Origin: Octopus sinensis
Taxonomy: Eukaryota
NCBI RefSeq assembly: GCF_006345805.1
Contig: NC_042998.1
Coordinates: 53,940,001 to 54,004,000 of the forward strand
DNA length: 64,000 bases
Direction: 5' to 3'
In this document: piece after piece, positions 35,787 to 49,920 of the stretch
How the letters are laid out: every line of letters begins with the position of its first letter
Numbering within the stretch: the stretch's first letter is position 1
Notes under the pieces: model-generated
Databases searched by the model: none
What the model saw: only the letters and a program-made list of their open reading frames with translations
What the model was told of the DNA's origin: nothing
Program-made: the position numbers and the translations under genes

Positions 35787-37137
35787 TAAAACAGTCACTA
35801 ATATTTATAAAACTGTTATATTTGAACAAACATTAGGTCATGAAAACTATATTATATATGAAAGTTGTATCATATTCATCGCTATTTCATGTCTTTCATG
35901 CAAGATTAAACAAATATGGAGTTTTACATGTCTTCTGCTATCTCTGATCTTTATCAATTCCCTAATCAGATCTCTCTCTCTCACAAATCGTTTCCCAGTC
36001 ACTTTTCTTTTGAAATCTCTAAATTTTCTCCAATTTCATTTCCAACAAATCTATTCTATTTGATACAATATTTCCAATAAAACTGCATTATATAATAATG
36101 TAATTTTAAATTTGATATCATTATATTGCATTTGCTGTATTCTGAAATCGTAGTGTTATTCTTGAATTGTGTGAAATCACTGTATTGATCTCTGGTGAAT
36201 CTATAGTATTTTCTCTGTACCTGTTTATTCTCTTTTATAAATTTGAGTAAATATGCCTAAGTTAAATATCCTTGTAAGAAAATCTACATTATCATCATTT
36301 GGTGACCCCAGTCAATTTAGGCCCCACCAACTCCTTGACAGAGCTCTCAATTCTACATTGCCATATCAAAATCATGCACTTCATATCTCAAATCTTTGAT
36401 GACATGTGGATGCGAGACTTTGCAACATTTTATACCATCTCATTAAGGTTCCCAAAGAACAAATGATAAAAGTGCTCGTTTGTCTTTTGTTCCAAAGAAG
36501 TGCTAAACAAATTATACTCCATACTGCTTCATTGTTTCTGTGATGAGAGCTTCAGTCACCAAAATTTTGTTTGGTATTGGATGTATTTTCCCTGAAAAAT
36601 TTTGTATTCTATGCAGTAATTAAGTGTAACAACTGTCTATTCATTTTTGAAGCCTTATAAGAAGTATACTTGAGAATAGAAGAAGTATGTCTGAGTCAAT
36701 AAAAAGAATCGATGCAATGAGAAGATGAAAGATATTAATTTTAAAGGACTGACTTAAATCTGATGTCCATATTTTGGCTAGTTTGTTGCATACTTAACAT
36801 ACTATCACTTTTCACATAAGAAAATACTTTTCTAACTTTATCACATATGTGCCTAGGTATGCTGTTATCTCTAGCAGCTGAGCATTCATCACTGACAAGA
36901 CCAAGGAAGGTTGAAATCATGGGATCTGATGGCCTCAGAGCTGGAGGTGGTGGAAATTTTTCTCCTCACTAGCAATATAAACAAGAGTGAATTTTGCATA
37001 AAAGCCAATGTGAGAGTTTCTCTTATGTTAACTACCACAGTATAGTTTGTTCTGACAGATCATCTACATTAAATCTAGGATAATAATATTACTTCTCAGT
37101 ACTAATATAGCCTGTCACTAATAGATATTGCAGTGGC

Positions 37138-37362
37138 AACGCCTGTTCTGGCACTGTTATTCTATATATTACTGGTGGGGAGAGGAATCACTGCTATCTC
37201 AGGCAGTTGAATGTCCCTCATTGACAAGCCCAAGAAAGGTCGAAATCACATGATTTGGTGGTCTCAGTGCTGGAGGTGGCTGAAGAGAGTATTTTGCACC
37301 AAAAAAGGCCAATATCAGAGTTTCTCTCATGATAACTACTTCAGTATAGTTTGTTCTAACAG
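37138..37362 (+). repeat. Unclassified dispersed repeat (family K)
   Basis: Reverse-complement copy at 39557-39811; partial tandem copy at 36870-37065. Confidence 0.75.
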
Positions 37363-37416
37363 AACATGTACTTTTGGATAAGTGGGGATAAATATTGCTT
37401 AAGAATTTAATTTGTA

Positions 37417-37730
37417 ACTCTTTTATTTGTTTCAGTCATTTGACTGTGGCCATGCTGGAGCAGCACCTTTAGTCAAGCAAATCGACCCCAGGACTTATTC
37501 TTTGTAAGCCTAGTACTTATTCTATTGGTCTCTTTTGCTGAACCGTTAAGTTAAGGGGATGTAAACACACCAGCATCGGTTGTCAAGCGATGTTGGGGGA
37601 ACAAATACAGACACACAAACACATACACATATATACGACAGGTTTCTTTCAGTTTCCGTCTACCAAATCCACTCACAAGGCTTTGGTTGGCCTGAGGCTA
37701 TAGTAGAAGACACTTGCCCAAGGTGCCACA
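37417..37730 (-). mobile_element. SINE family B, 5'-truncated
   Basis: B match; followed by an isolated A head at 37752-37820 (+). Confidence 0.9.
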
Positions 37731-37898
37731 CAATTATATTTTCTTTTGAAAAAGGCGGCGAGCTGGCTGAAACGTTAGCACGCCGGGCGAAATGCGTAGC
37801 CGTATTTTGTCTGCCGTTATCACCTTGACGAATTACATTGAATGCATTTCATCCACAGGTGTAAGAATGGCAGATGTTATATCTTTGTGAAGTACTTT

Positions 37899-38125
37899 TA
37901 CCCTTTAGCAATTCAGATTACTTGTCAAATGTAATGTTTATTAATTCTCATTATTTTGAATTAATCAAGCAAATATTTTGGAGCTGTAAGATGTTGATAA
38001 TGTTACTGTATATTTTTTAGAATAAGTTCATAGGGTAGGTGTAAGAGGCCAAATTTTGACAGTTAGTGCATAAAACAGGTAGAATATTTGGGCCAGATAT
38101 GGCATGTTTAAATGCTAAATGGTTA
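37899..38125 (-). mobile_element. MITE family G
   Basis: ccctttagca ... tttaaatgctaaatggttaa; reverse copy. Confidence 0.8.
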
Positions 38126-38471
38126 ATGGCATCAATTATCATTGCCCTCACATATTTACTTCAAACACCACCCACAATCCTCTCCTATATTTCTCTCCAT
38201 CATTTGCTACAGTCACCTCTATCCTGCCCACTCATGCAGCCCAAGCCTCTATATCACCTTACCTATTCTCACTGACCCTAATGTCCCTTGAGGGCATGTT
38301 CCAACACATTTCCACCATCATCTCTCTCACTGTCACTGCCTTTATCTTACTCTCCTACTCACTTTTCTTTGTTTTCCAACTGGATTATCCCTGTTTCTAC
38401 ACTACTGCAAGACACTTATGACTGTCCCCTATTTACATTAAATCTTTAAACTGGCCCAAATACTATTCTCC

Positions 38472-38786
38472 ACTTCCTACTTGAGGGGTTCTTGTCTTGC
38501 AAGGTACTTAGTGACTCTGTCAATGTTGGTACAACATAAAAAGTACAGGTGCTGTTGCCATATAAAAAGCACTGGTTCTGGTGCCACATACGACTGGTGA
38601 TGGTACCATGTAAAAGTACCCGTTACACTCTGTAAAATGGCTGGCATTAGGAAGGGCATCCAGCAGTGGAAATTATGCCAAAACAAACTATAAAACCTGG
38701 TGAGGCTCTTTGACTTGCTAGCTCCAGTCAAATCATTCCCCCCATGCCAGCATGGAAAATGGATGTTAAATAATGATGATGATAAT
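38472..38786 (-). mobile_element. Family D retroposon (RTE-like 3' end, (GAT)n tail)
   Basis: ttggcattaggaagggcatccagc core and (gat)n end; RTE affinity inferred from remembered RTE 3'-end motifs. Confidence 0.8.
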
Positions 38787-39321
38787 GAATTATCTATGCT
38801 GTACAACTGTAGTATCTCAACGTTTTTGCTCTGTGGAATAGAATTGGAAACCTTTTTAAATGTTTGGTTATGAAATCTGTTTTATATATTCATGTTTACT
38901 ATTATTTCACTTCTTTTATGCAAAGTGAAATGCATAAGGTGTGCTGCATGTCTTCTATCACCCATGATCTCTGTCAATTTCTTGGGGAATCAAAGTTGTC
39001 TCTGATCAGCTTCAGCTTCAAATCACGTTCCTTTTCAAGTTTCTCCCCACTTTCAACCACAGCATGTCCACAGTTATGATATTAAAATAACTGGAAGTTA
39101 GATTAAAAACCTTAGTATAAGATATTCTTCTAAAAAAAAACAACAGTGTAGTAACAGAATCTCAGAAAACAAGAAATATGAGAATTTTATATATCACTAT
39201 AAATAGCTAAAAATAGCAGCCAAATCTTCATCAAATTATATTTCACCGTCTTGAAAATATATATATTAGGGACAGAGGCAGTATTAATATCAACAGATAA
39301 TATTTATCCCCATTCGATTCA

Positions 39322-39540
39322 AGCGAGGTCGTTGCCAGTACTGCCTGACTGGCCCCCATGCCGGTGGCACATAAAAAGCACCCACTACACTCTCAGAGTG
39401 GTTGGCATTAGGAAGGGCATCCAGCTGTAGAAACTCTGCCAGATAAAGATTGGAGCCTGGTGCAGCCATCTGGCTTGCCAGCCCTCAGTCACAATCGTCC
39501 AACCCATGCTAGCATGGAAAGCAGATGATGATGATGATGA
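39322..39540 (-). mobile_element. Family D retroposon
   Basis: Same core and tail. Confidence 0.85.
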
Positions 39541-39556
39541 CTTGAATGGGAATAAT

Positions 39557-39811
39557 CTGTTAGAACAAATTTCATTGCAGTAGATATCATGAGAGAAACT
39601 CTCATATTGGCTTTTTTTAAATGCAAAATGCTCTCTTGTTTATATTTCTAGTGGGGAGATAAATTCCCACCACCTCCAATACAGAAACCACCAGATCACA
39701 TGATTTCGACCTTCCTTGGTCTTGACAATGATGGATGCTCAACAGCTAGTGATAGCAACGATTCAGCTCCCCACCAGTGACATATAAACCAACAGTGCCA
39801 GAACAGGTGTT
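39557..39811 (-). repeat. Family K repeat, inverted relative to 37138-37362
   Basis: Shared blocks gagtttctctcatgata, aaggtcgaaatca, cctgttctggcactgtt. Confidence 0.75.
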
Positions 39812-41418
39812 GGTGTTGTGATTAGCCAGTGAGCTCATTAAAAAATATATATTAGCAATAGAGGCAGTATTAACATAAAGAGGCAATATTCTCCAACATT
39901 TAAATGTGAATGGTCTTTTATGACAACCTATAAAAATTATCATAAAAGAAATTCTCATATTGGCTTTTGTCTCAAGAAAGATGTAGAATAATGTTATTGT
40001 ATACACACTGTGTCTAAAGCAACAAGAAAAGACAGGATGATCATGGTTGGACTGTCTTTAATCATAGGGCTCACTTGGTCAAGAGCAACATTTTTGCAAT
40101 GAAAATGTAAATATCTCTGCCATCTGTCAGTTTAAAAATCAAAATAATTTTTCCCAAATTAGAAGCTATTACACATTTGTCCACTGTTGAGAATGTAAAG
40201 TATTTATCAAGATCAGAGCAGCTCATTCAATCAACTCCAAACAAATTCCTTAATAAGAGTTCAAATAATGTCCAAAAAAATGATTCATTCAGGCAAATAA
40301 ATGAAATTGTCAGAAAGTTCTTGGAGTTTTCACAGAGTTGTTGGGACATCAAATAAAATATTTCTTGACTCACTACACTTTGAGTTCAAATCTTACTATG
40401 GTCAGCTAAGCCTTTCATCTTGTCAGAACAGATAGCAAAAAAAAAAAAAAAATTACCAATCTAAAGTGGTGGATTGGTAGATCTGTAAGAATGTTAGATC
40501 AGACACCTTGAGGTATATCTTCTGGTTCTTTACACTCTGTGTTCAAATCCTAATATTGCTTACTTAAGCAGCTGACTTAATCTAACACTCAGTTTAACAC
40601 AACCTCCTGACATCTTAAACACCTCAGGTATTCATTTTGAAGATCCCTCCCTCACCCCATTTCACCAGTCTTAGAAGTCCTGTAAAAGATCATAGACACT
40701 GCTTTCTTTCTTTGCTATAAGACAAAAAGAAAGTCAGGATGAAACACATTAACATTGTCAATCTGTTTCATCAAAAGTCTCATTTTTCATTTGAACAAAC
40801 GAACGACCGTTTTAGACTAATGTTTACCTATTTAGAATGTTGCTAACCATTTTGTTTCCATTAAAAAAAAACATCTTGCTTTGATTAAACATGAAAGTAT
40901 TTTGTTCTTTGTCAACAGTTCAAAATCTCCAACTTTTTTATAGTATACATACTAGTATTTATTGGTTAATTACTTTACCGAATGGCTCTGTTTTTAATAT
41001 TGAATTATTATCTCTATTTCCATAACCAATGTATAAACACAGAGATTGCTTTCACACTGGATAATTCTCAATTTCCTGTCTGATATCTGATTTATTTCTC
41101 GTTTCATCTCCTACCAATATTTTCTGTTTTATTTTCTGAATAATAATATCCAATGGAATTGTTATGTTTATCCCAGGAAAAACATCTTATTATTAGATGA
41201 ATAATTGCTTTCCTTGTTTAGAAACTGCAAAATAAGTCAGACACTGACTGGAATATTTTGTTCCACATATAAAAATTAGTTGACTGTAATTTTAATTAGT
41301 CTTCATAAATATATATTTTTTTATTCACAAATTGACATGATGTTTCTTCCCTGGAATATATTTTTGCATTCTTTTATGACTTTGCTAATTTCAGTTATTA
41401 GACTTCAGTTGTGTAAAG

Positions 41419-41587
41419 ATACCTATTTCTTTACTACCCACGAGGGGCTAAACACAGAGAGGACAAACAAGGACAGACAAATGGATTAAGTCGATTATAT
41501 CGACCCCAGTACATAACTGGTACTTAATTTATCGCCCCCAAAAGTATGAAAGGCAAAGTCGACCTCGGCGGAATTTGAACTCAGACT
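41419..41587 (-). mobile_element. SINE A1, 5'-truncated, carrying the dimer junction
   Basis: On the minus strand the tail aaagaaata continues into ggtat, the first bases of the next unit in the 19751 dimer. Confidence 0.85.
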
Positions 41588-41849
41588 TTAGTCAATCATA
41601 TTAACTTCAGTACCTATTGTAGTTTCATGCTAATTCTATTTACACACATACATATATATATAGCATATATCACACACACAAACACATATAACATAAAAAT
41701 ATTGGTTTGAAAAACTTTTTGGATAGAAAAATTCAAAGGCTACTTTTGATTTTTTCTATTCAAAAGGGATTTTCAACCTAGTATTTACATGCTATTTTTT
41801 ATACCTGTCTGTGATATGCTTCAACAAACATACTCAACACCCCATCCCG

Positions 41850-42165
41850 CCATCACCTGAACAGTTCCAGCCTTTTCAACATACCCTACAATGTCATTCT
41901 AAAAAATAAACAATCACATCATTGAAATCTTAAACCTACAAGATAATGCATGATTAATTCAAAACAATGTGAATAAATAACCATTACATTTGACAGAATA
42001 ATTTGGAAATTATAGGGTTAAACCAGTCATATCTGACGAAAATATTCTTCATGTTTTATGTTCAAACTGGTTGAATCTGCCCTCTCATGCCAACGCTATG
42101 TTATCATTCTAAAAATCAACAGTTACCTCATCAAACTCCCAAAGTTACAAAATAATGTGAATGCT
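41850..42165 (+). mobile_element. Two adjacent MITE G copies
   Basis: First copy ends tagggttaa at about 42021; a second G-like copy follows immediately. Confidence 0.7.
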
Positions 42166-43159
42166 AAATAATTAATATATATTTTAAAATTGATTTTGTA
42201 ATAAGTTTGAATTCTCCAAACATCTTGAAATGAATACAAATGAAGTAATTTTATTTTATGCAAAACTCATTGAAACAAAATAGAGTGAACTGTTCTGTTT
42301 TAATTTATTTGTTCTTTTTCTCTCTTGTTAGCAACCAAAATAGAATTTAATGCTACAATTAACTTGCACAAGGAGTAAAGGAAATTCTTCAAATCAATAA
42401 CTTCAAAGTTAATATTAATAGAAGTATGGATTGTGAGCGATAGAAATGTGTTTAGTGTGTTAATCAAAAATAGAGACTTGCTTCAATCAAGCCAAACCAT
42501 TTGCAGCTCATGAGAATTATTTAAACAGCTGATTTCTCAAGCACTGACAAAAGGAAATGCAATCCTGTTCAATATTTGCTTAAATCTACTTCAAATTTTG
42601 GAAACAAAAATGGAAGCCTTATAAAATTTGTAACTTTCCTTGACTACTGTTCAAACATCATGAACAGCTGTTGACACAATGAGAAGAAGTACGGTTTTGT
42701 TTGCATGCAAGAAACACATGTTTTTGAGAACTTGTCAGAGGATTTAGAATGAAATGTTAGTGCACTCTTCCCACCTTAACACAAAATTGTTTAGTGTGTA
42801 ACTAATTCAAGAGTTGAGTAATCAGTGCAAGATTGAAAAGAAATGGCTGTGAGGCCAAGTTAACAAAATGAATAATTCATTTTTGAGATGGAGCAGACAG
42901 TTGATAAATGAGAAACTGTTACTAATTGTATAATGACATAAAGCAGTGTCTCTCATGAAGAGGAAAGAAGACAAGCTTTGAGGATTATATAGTAGGACAG
43001 GGGTAGAAAAATGGTCATCTTTTATCTTTTATTTGTTTCAGTTATTAGACTGTAGCCATGCTAGGGCACCTCCTTGAACAATTTTTATTGAATGAATCAA
43101 TCCCAGTATTTTTTGTTTTGCATTGTATTTAAGCCTGGTATTTAGTCTATTGTAAAAGT

Positions 43160-43462
43160 GTGTGGTGTAGTAGCTCATGATTGTAAGGTCGAGAGTTCAA
43201 TTCCTGGCAACGCATTGTGTCTTCAAGAAAAACACTTTATTTCATGTTGCACCAGTCCACTCAGCTGGTGAAAATGAGTCATACCTGTATTTCAAAGGGC
43301 CAGCCTTGTCACACGCTGTGATTTGCTGAATCTCCCTGAGAATTATATTATGGGTACATGTGTCTGTGGAACACTCAGCCACTTGCATATTAATTTTACG
43401 ATCAGGCTGTTCTGCTGATCCGATCAACTGGAACCCTCATTGTCATAACCAATGGAGCGCCA
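43160..43462 (+). mobile_element. tRNA-derived SINE, family J
   Basis: Head gagagttcaattcctggc, central domain shared with family I, different tail; second copy at 46670-46900. Confidence 0.8.
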
Positions 43463-43479
43463 GTTAGTTACTTCCTGTA

Positions 43480-43760
43480 TCAGTTTTTTTTTTTTGCTGA
43501 ACCACTAAGTTAAGGGGATGTAGACACAACAGCACCAGTTGTCAAGCAGTAATGGGGGACAGGCACAGATGCAGAGACACATACACACATAGATATATAC
43601 ATATAGAATGATCTTTTTTCAGTTTCTATCTATCAAATTCACTCACAAGGTTTTCGTTGGTCTGAGGTTAAGACACTCAACCAAAGTGTCATGCCGCTAG
43701 ATTGAGCCCAGAACCATGTTGTTGGGAGGCCAGCTTCTTACCACACTGTCACACCTGTGC
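43480..43760 (-). mobile_element. SINE family B, diverged
   Basis: B match; the B 3' piece at 43020-43150 suggests J inserted into this B copy. Confidence 0.7.
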
Positions 43761-44079
43761 CATATTTAAACAAAATTAGACAGTTTTACACTTTTTAAAC
43801 TTGTCAGATACCATGATGAAAAAAGAATAATTATATGGATACAAACTATTTTATCTTCTTGTGAATAAATAGTTGGTGGGAAGGAGAGGTGTCAAAAATT
43901 TTCACTTATATTTTGTGGAGGTGGACTTGGAAATAGTCAGTTTGTGATGTGCTTGTACAGTGAACAACCAATAGCCATCGACTAGAACTGTGTCATCTTA
44001 ATGTGTGTTTTTTTTTTCTTAAATATTAACATTTTATTACCATATTTCCATTTAAATACACAGCCATTGCCTCAACCAG

Positions 44080-44248
44080 TTTTGAAAATAACAACAAATT
44101 TGGTAAAATAACTTCATCATCATTAAGTTGGTGCTTGGAACATAAATTAAAGTGAAATTTTGATGAGAGTTTTAATTTAAATCACTTTAAAATAGAAAGC
44201 TTGTCATAGAACCAGAGACATTATCAGCCAGGCTGGTAACAAAGGGTT
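44080..44248 (-). mobile_element. MITE family F, diverged reverse copy
   Basis: Ends ggtaacaaaggg|ttaa at 44248. Confidence 0.65.
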
Positions 44249-44301
44249 AAAAGGCAGAATACATACACTGAGATGGTAGGCCTAACATGTCACATGTTTA
44301 A

Positions 44302-44522
44302 CCCTTTTGTTACTAACCCGGCTGAAACCAGCTCTGGCTCTGTAGTACAAATGTCTTGTTTTTATAAGTTTTGAATTAAAATCTTCCACCAAACCTTAGT
44401 CACAATTACTGTTCCTATCACTAGCTTAATGATAACTAAGTTATTTTACAAAATTTTTTGTTGTATCCAAAATAATTGTGAGAAACACAGAACATCTCAA
44501 AATAGATACAGCAACGAAAGGG
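44302..44522 (+). mobile_element. MITE family F, intact
   Basis: TTAA|CCCTTTTGTTAC ... GCAACGAAAGGG|TTAA; 221 bp. Confidence 0.92.
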
Positions 44523-44902
44523 TTAATACTGTCAAAGAGGAAACATGTATGGAACTAGCAACCAAATTTCTTCAAATTACACTCTACTATCTGAAGCAAA
44601 ATAATAAAAAAATAAAAAATCTGAATATACTCCTAGATCTCTGGAACAGAGGAAAAAGGCAATATGGTCACAGCTGGGATGATCAGTCAGCTCTGACCTA
44701 GAAGTAAACAACAAACAACTAACCAAGCAATTTGTCAACCAATCAACTGGAGCAAACATTAGAATAATATTCCCTTCTCATCCACGTTTTCCTTTGCAGA
44801 TAGTGACCCTATGGATGTTGGAGCTGGCTAGGCATCATCATTAAGCTTCATCAATCCTTTCAGTCTGGATGAGCCTGCATAGGTCAATTGAAGTACAGCA
44901 TA

Positions 44903-45827
<925 letters not shown>

Positions 45828-45914
45828 TATATATCCTATATTATAAAAATTAACAGGTGACCAGTTTTTGTTATCATTCTGTGACAAAATTGTTACACTG
45901 AACATATAAATATT

Positions 45915-46100
45915 GGTTTCCAATTCTGGCATAAGGCCAGTAATTTCAGGGTAGGAATAAGTCGATTACATTGACTCCAGGGTTCAACTAGTGCCTATTT
46001 CATTAACCCCCAAATGGATGAACAGCAAAGTCAACCTCTGCAGAAGATGAACGAAATGCCACTATGCATTTTGCTAGCATGCTAATGATTCTGCCAATGT
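45915..46100 (-). mobile_element. SINE A2
   Basis: A2 match with an internal deletion. Confidence 0.75.
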
Positions 46101-46669
46101 TTTAATAACCACGTGTTCACTGAACATGTAGGTATTAAACATTACATTATTTTAGGTGCATACTCGAATTTCTTGCATGCAGATTCACTTCTTTTGTGCA
46201 CCAACTTTGTTCATCATACCAAATGACACACAAAACCTTTGAAATACAGTTAAATAAGCTAAAAATATGAACAAATATTGATTTCTTATATTGGTGCAGG
46301 GCCATAAATTTACAAAATATAATAAATTAGATATACTTCAGTGTAATACTGATTGTACAGATTCTGGGAAGATGACTTGTGAGCTTATGTCACACATTCG
46401 GATGACCTCTACTCAACTCGACTCCGCTTTTCTGTGCTGTTCTCCTACTACTCTACTGTCTTGACATCTAGGCTTCTCCCTCTACACCTACGTATTGGGC
46501 TAGCCTACTTCATCGTCTGGGGGCGTCCACACAACGGAGGTTAACTCTTACATGATTTTGACTAAAATGATAGAACACTAACTAAGCACATGAAAGCAAT
46601 TACTTCAATAAGTTGCTATTTCTTGCCATTCACCGTCCTTGTACAGACAAATAAGAGAAATCATATGAC

Positions 46670-46900
46670 TTAATGCTAAGGGTTTCAGCTCACGATTGTC
46701 AGGTCATAAGTTCAATTCCTGGCAGCATGTTGTGCCTGTAATTCAAAGGCCAGCCTTGTCATATTAAGTGTGTTACACTGTGTTCCCTGAGAACTATGTT
46801 AAGGGTATGTATGTCTGTGGAGTGCTCAGCCACTTGCATGTTAATTTCATGAGCAGGCTGTTTCATTGATTGGATCAACGGGGACATTCATTGTTATAAT
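46670..46900 (+). mobile_element. SINE family J
   Basis: Collinear with 43160-43462; central part deleted. Confidence 0.78.
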
Positions 46901-46936
46901 CAACACAGAGCCTTGTCACAGACATATATTAAGGAA

Positions 46937-47255
46937 TCATCATCATCAGCCTTATCATCATCGTTTAATGTCTGCCTTTTATGTTGGCATGGGTCAAACG
47001 GTTTGACAGGAGTCGACCAGGTAAGAGCCTGCACCAGACTTCTGTGTCTGTTTTGACAGGGTTTGTATGACTGGATGCCCTCCCTAACACCAACCACCCA
47101 GCAGAATGGACTGAGTGCTTTTTATGTGGCACAAGCATAAGTGAGGTCAGTTTTGGCATTTTTTTTACAGCTGGATGCCCTTCCAAACATCAACCCCTTT
47201 ACAGTGTGGATTGGATGCTTTTTACATGGCATCAGCACAAGGACCAATATTTCTC
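46937..47255 (+). mobile_element. Family D retroposon
   Basis: (cat)n start; ctggatgccc core present twice. Confidence 0.8.
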
Positions 47256-48543
47256 AGTTATATTTATATATTTTTTTTTTAATTATAAGATTAGAGTCTC
47301 TATTGTCATTTAGCTCAGTAGTAGAGTGCTCAGCTGGAATTCAAGCAGTACAGAGTTCAATCCCCTGTAGCAGCTGCTGGCAACTTTTTTCCTTTTGGGT
47401 GAGGTAGGGTACTTTACCTAGGTTTCTAAAGTTGTTTTCACAGCTATTCTCTTGCATTTGAGATATTATTAATTTCTAAAAGTTTTTTTTTTTTTTTCAT
47501 AGAATGTAGAGCTGCAGGCATAGCTATATTGATTCTGTGTTCACAGGAGAGTTTCCTTTGTAGCCCTTGATCTGACCAATGCCTTGTGAATAGAATTTAT
47601 AGACAAAAACCATATGGACATCAGTTGTGTGTGTGGGAAGTTTGTCATTGCTAACAAATTATCCGATGGCACTGTGTGGTTGAAAGTAGAATTTAAAAAG
47701 TCTCATACTTGAATAACAGGTAAGGATTAACAACAGAAAGGCTAACTCTTAAAATAATGCCTCACTAACAAATATTTGTCCAGACCATGGGTAAACTGGT
47801 ATAAAAGAAATGTGCAAACATGTTTATAAATATTTAATGATAATTTATTATTCTAGAGGCCTACCAATTATGACCAACTCTGGAATAAGATATTAAAGTC
47901 CGTGAATCAGTTAAGGTTATACTAATAATATGATAGTATAGATTCAGTTGTAGGTTAGAAACCAGAAACACCATAGAAAATATAAAACAGATATTGGAGA
48001 AAAGATGAAAAAAAATTCAGTGACGTTGATTTCATAATACGAATTTCACTGTATAAGTCATTTCCTTGCTTGCACAAGGGAAATCTATAGGAAATAACCT
48101 GTGTGGTTTTAAAGATCAGCTGAATGTCTCAGAAGCACAATATTACATATAGGTAACAGGGGGATAGTTCCATTTTGTCTCAAATGGATTCTTTGCAATA
48201 TTCATAATAATAATTACATATATAAAGAACAAATATTATTCTGACATTTTGACATTTATAATTTTAGAATAAATTGCATGAACAACGAATTATATAAACA
48301 TATATTCCAAGAATTACAGATGATAGATTTTAGATTAAAATTCTAGTTTATAACCTAAGCAAACTTCAGATTATTATTAAGGAAATACCATGAATTTGAG
48401 ATTATGAAAGTTAAATTAAGGTTAGTCTATCTGTAATGCATATATCTATTTATTTAGTTATGTCGTTCATATGATTCATTCACTTTCTTGGCTCCAAGGC
48501 TTTTCTAGAAGTAAAAGACAACCAAAAGTTCTATACACATAAA

Positions 48544-48764
48544 CCCTTTTGTTACCGTATTTATTTGAGATGCTCTGTGTTTCTTCCAATTAATTTTAAA
48601 TATTATAAAGAATTTAGTAAAATAACTTAGCCATCAGTAAGCCAGTGTTAGGAACATAAATTGTGGCTAAGGTTTGGTGGAAGATTTTAGTTCAAAACTT
48701 ATGAAAACAAGACATTTGTATTACAGAGTTAGAGGTGGTTTCAGTCGAGTTGGCATCGAAAAGG
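48544..48764 (-). mobile_element. MITE family F
   Basis: cccttttgttacc ... gaaaagg|ttaa; 221 bp, reverse orientation. Confidence 0.85.
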
Positions 48765-49661
48765 TTAAGTACTCAATTTTAAGTGTTTAGAAAACATTTC
48801 TGTAAAAACTAATTAATTTCCAGAACAGGGGTATTTTTAGATTACTAAAATAATCTCTAGAATACCAAAATTATTGCTAGAATACTGAGATCATCAAACT
48901 GCTGGCTAAAGCATAATTTTGGATAATTCATAAGCTGTTTCTTCATTATGTCTCTAGCAGAGACTCGTTTTATTAAATCCATTGAAATTAAATAAAGCTT
49001 TGTACTTTATCAAACTAAATTCATAATAACAAATCATTTCTGAAGATTTACTCTCTTACTACAGATACGAGCAAAAGGTTAACACTATTATGCAGCATGA
49101 ACTATGCTTATCTGAGTCATCCACTCGGAATCAATAAGATAACCTACAAGATAAATTCTGAAAACTGATCAAAGAAATCTGAATGTCCTCTTACATCAAT
49201 TAGAGGTCAAAAAAAGAGAAAACTACACTCATCACTGGTCAACAGCTGTTGCTAACTAATTAAAGATGCATTTTTATATAGTTTATCATCTTCAAAAGAA
49301 AAGGAAAAAGCTGCCTTTAACCTTAAAGCATTTGTGAAGATATCTCTGTATTATTTTTGCGAGGAATTGTTGTAATAATAAATCTAAAGAATTTAACTTT
49401 GGTATCATCTTTGAAGTAGGAGCAGGATTGATATGTGACAGCCAAAAGATTTCAACTTCCTGTTCTATAACTCAGATTCTAAATAATCTCATTATTCCTT
49501 TAACAGTATAGTTAAATTTCATGGTCACTCCTGTAATAATGTCAATTATCCACCAAAAAATAGAATTGGTATTTTCTGCTTCAGCAATACTTTTTCAGTA
49601 TCTCCTTTAGGTACAGTTTTCATACCCACTACTAAAATTATTTGATCCTTGCACTGTAAGA

Positions 49662-49920
49662 AGATCATCATCATTATCATCATCATTTAGCGTCCATTTT
49701 CCGTGCTGGTATGGGTTGGACGGTTTGACTGAAACCTGGTAAGCTGGGGAGCTACACCAGATTCCAATCTGATTTGGCATGGCTTCTACAGCTGGATGCC
49801 CTTCCAAAAGCCAACCACTCCAAGAATGTATTGGATGCTTTTTATGTGCCACTTATAAAACACCAACATCAGTCATGACTGCAATCTCACTTGGCTTGAC
49901 AGGTCTTCTGAAGCATGGTA
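49662..49920 (+). mobile_element. Family D retroposon
   Basis: (cat)n, ttccgtgctggtatgggttggacgg, ctacagctggatgcccttcc. Confidence 0.82.

Noticed and set aside
42415-42535. Peptide SMDCER...RLASIKPNHLQLMRI resembling a hAT dimerisation domain
   Set aside because: Too short and stop-ridden to support without a profile search
49330-49657. Several 35-48 codon minus-strand frames after good acceptors (CKDQIILVVGMK..., EQEVEIFWLSHINP...)
   Set aside because: Frames are mutually inconsistent, donors are weak and no homology is recognised
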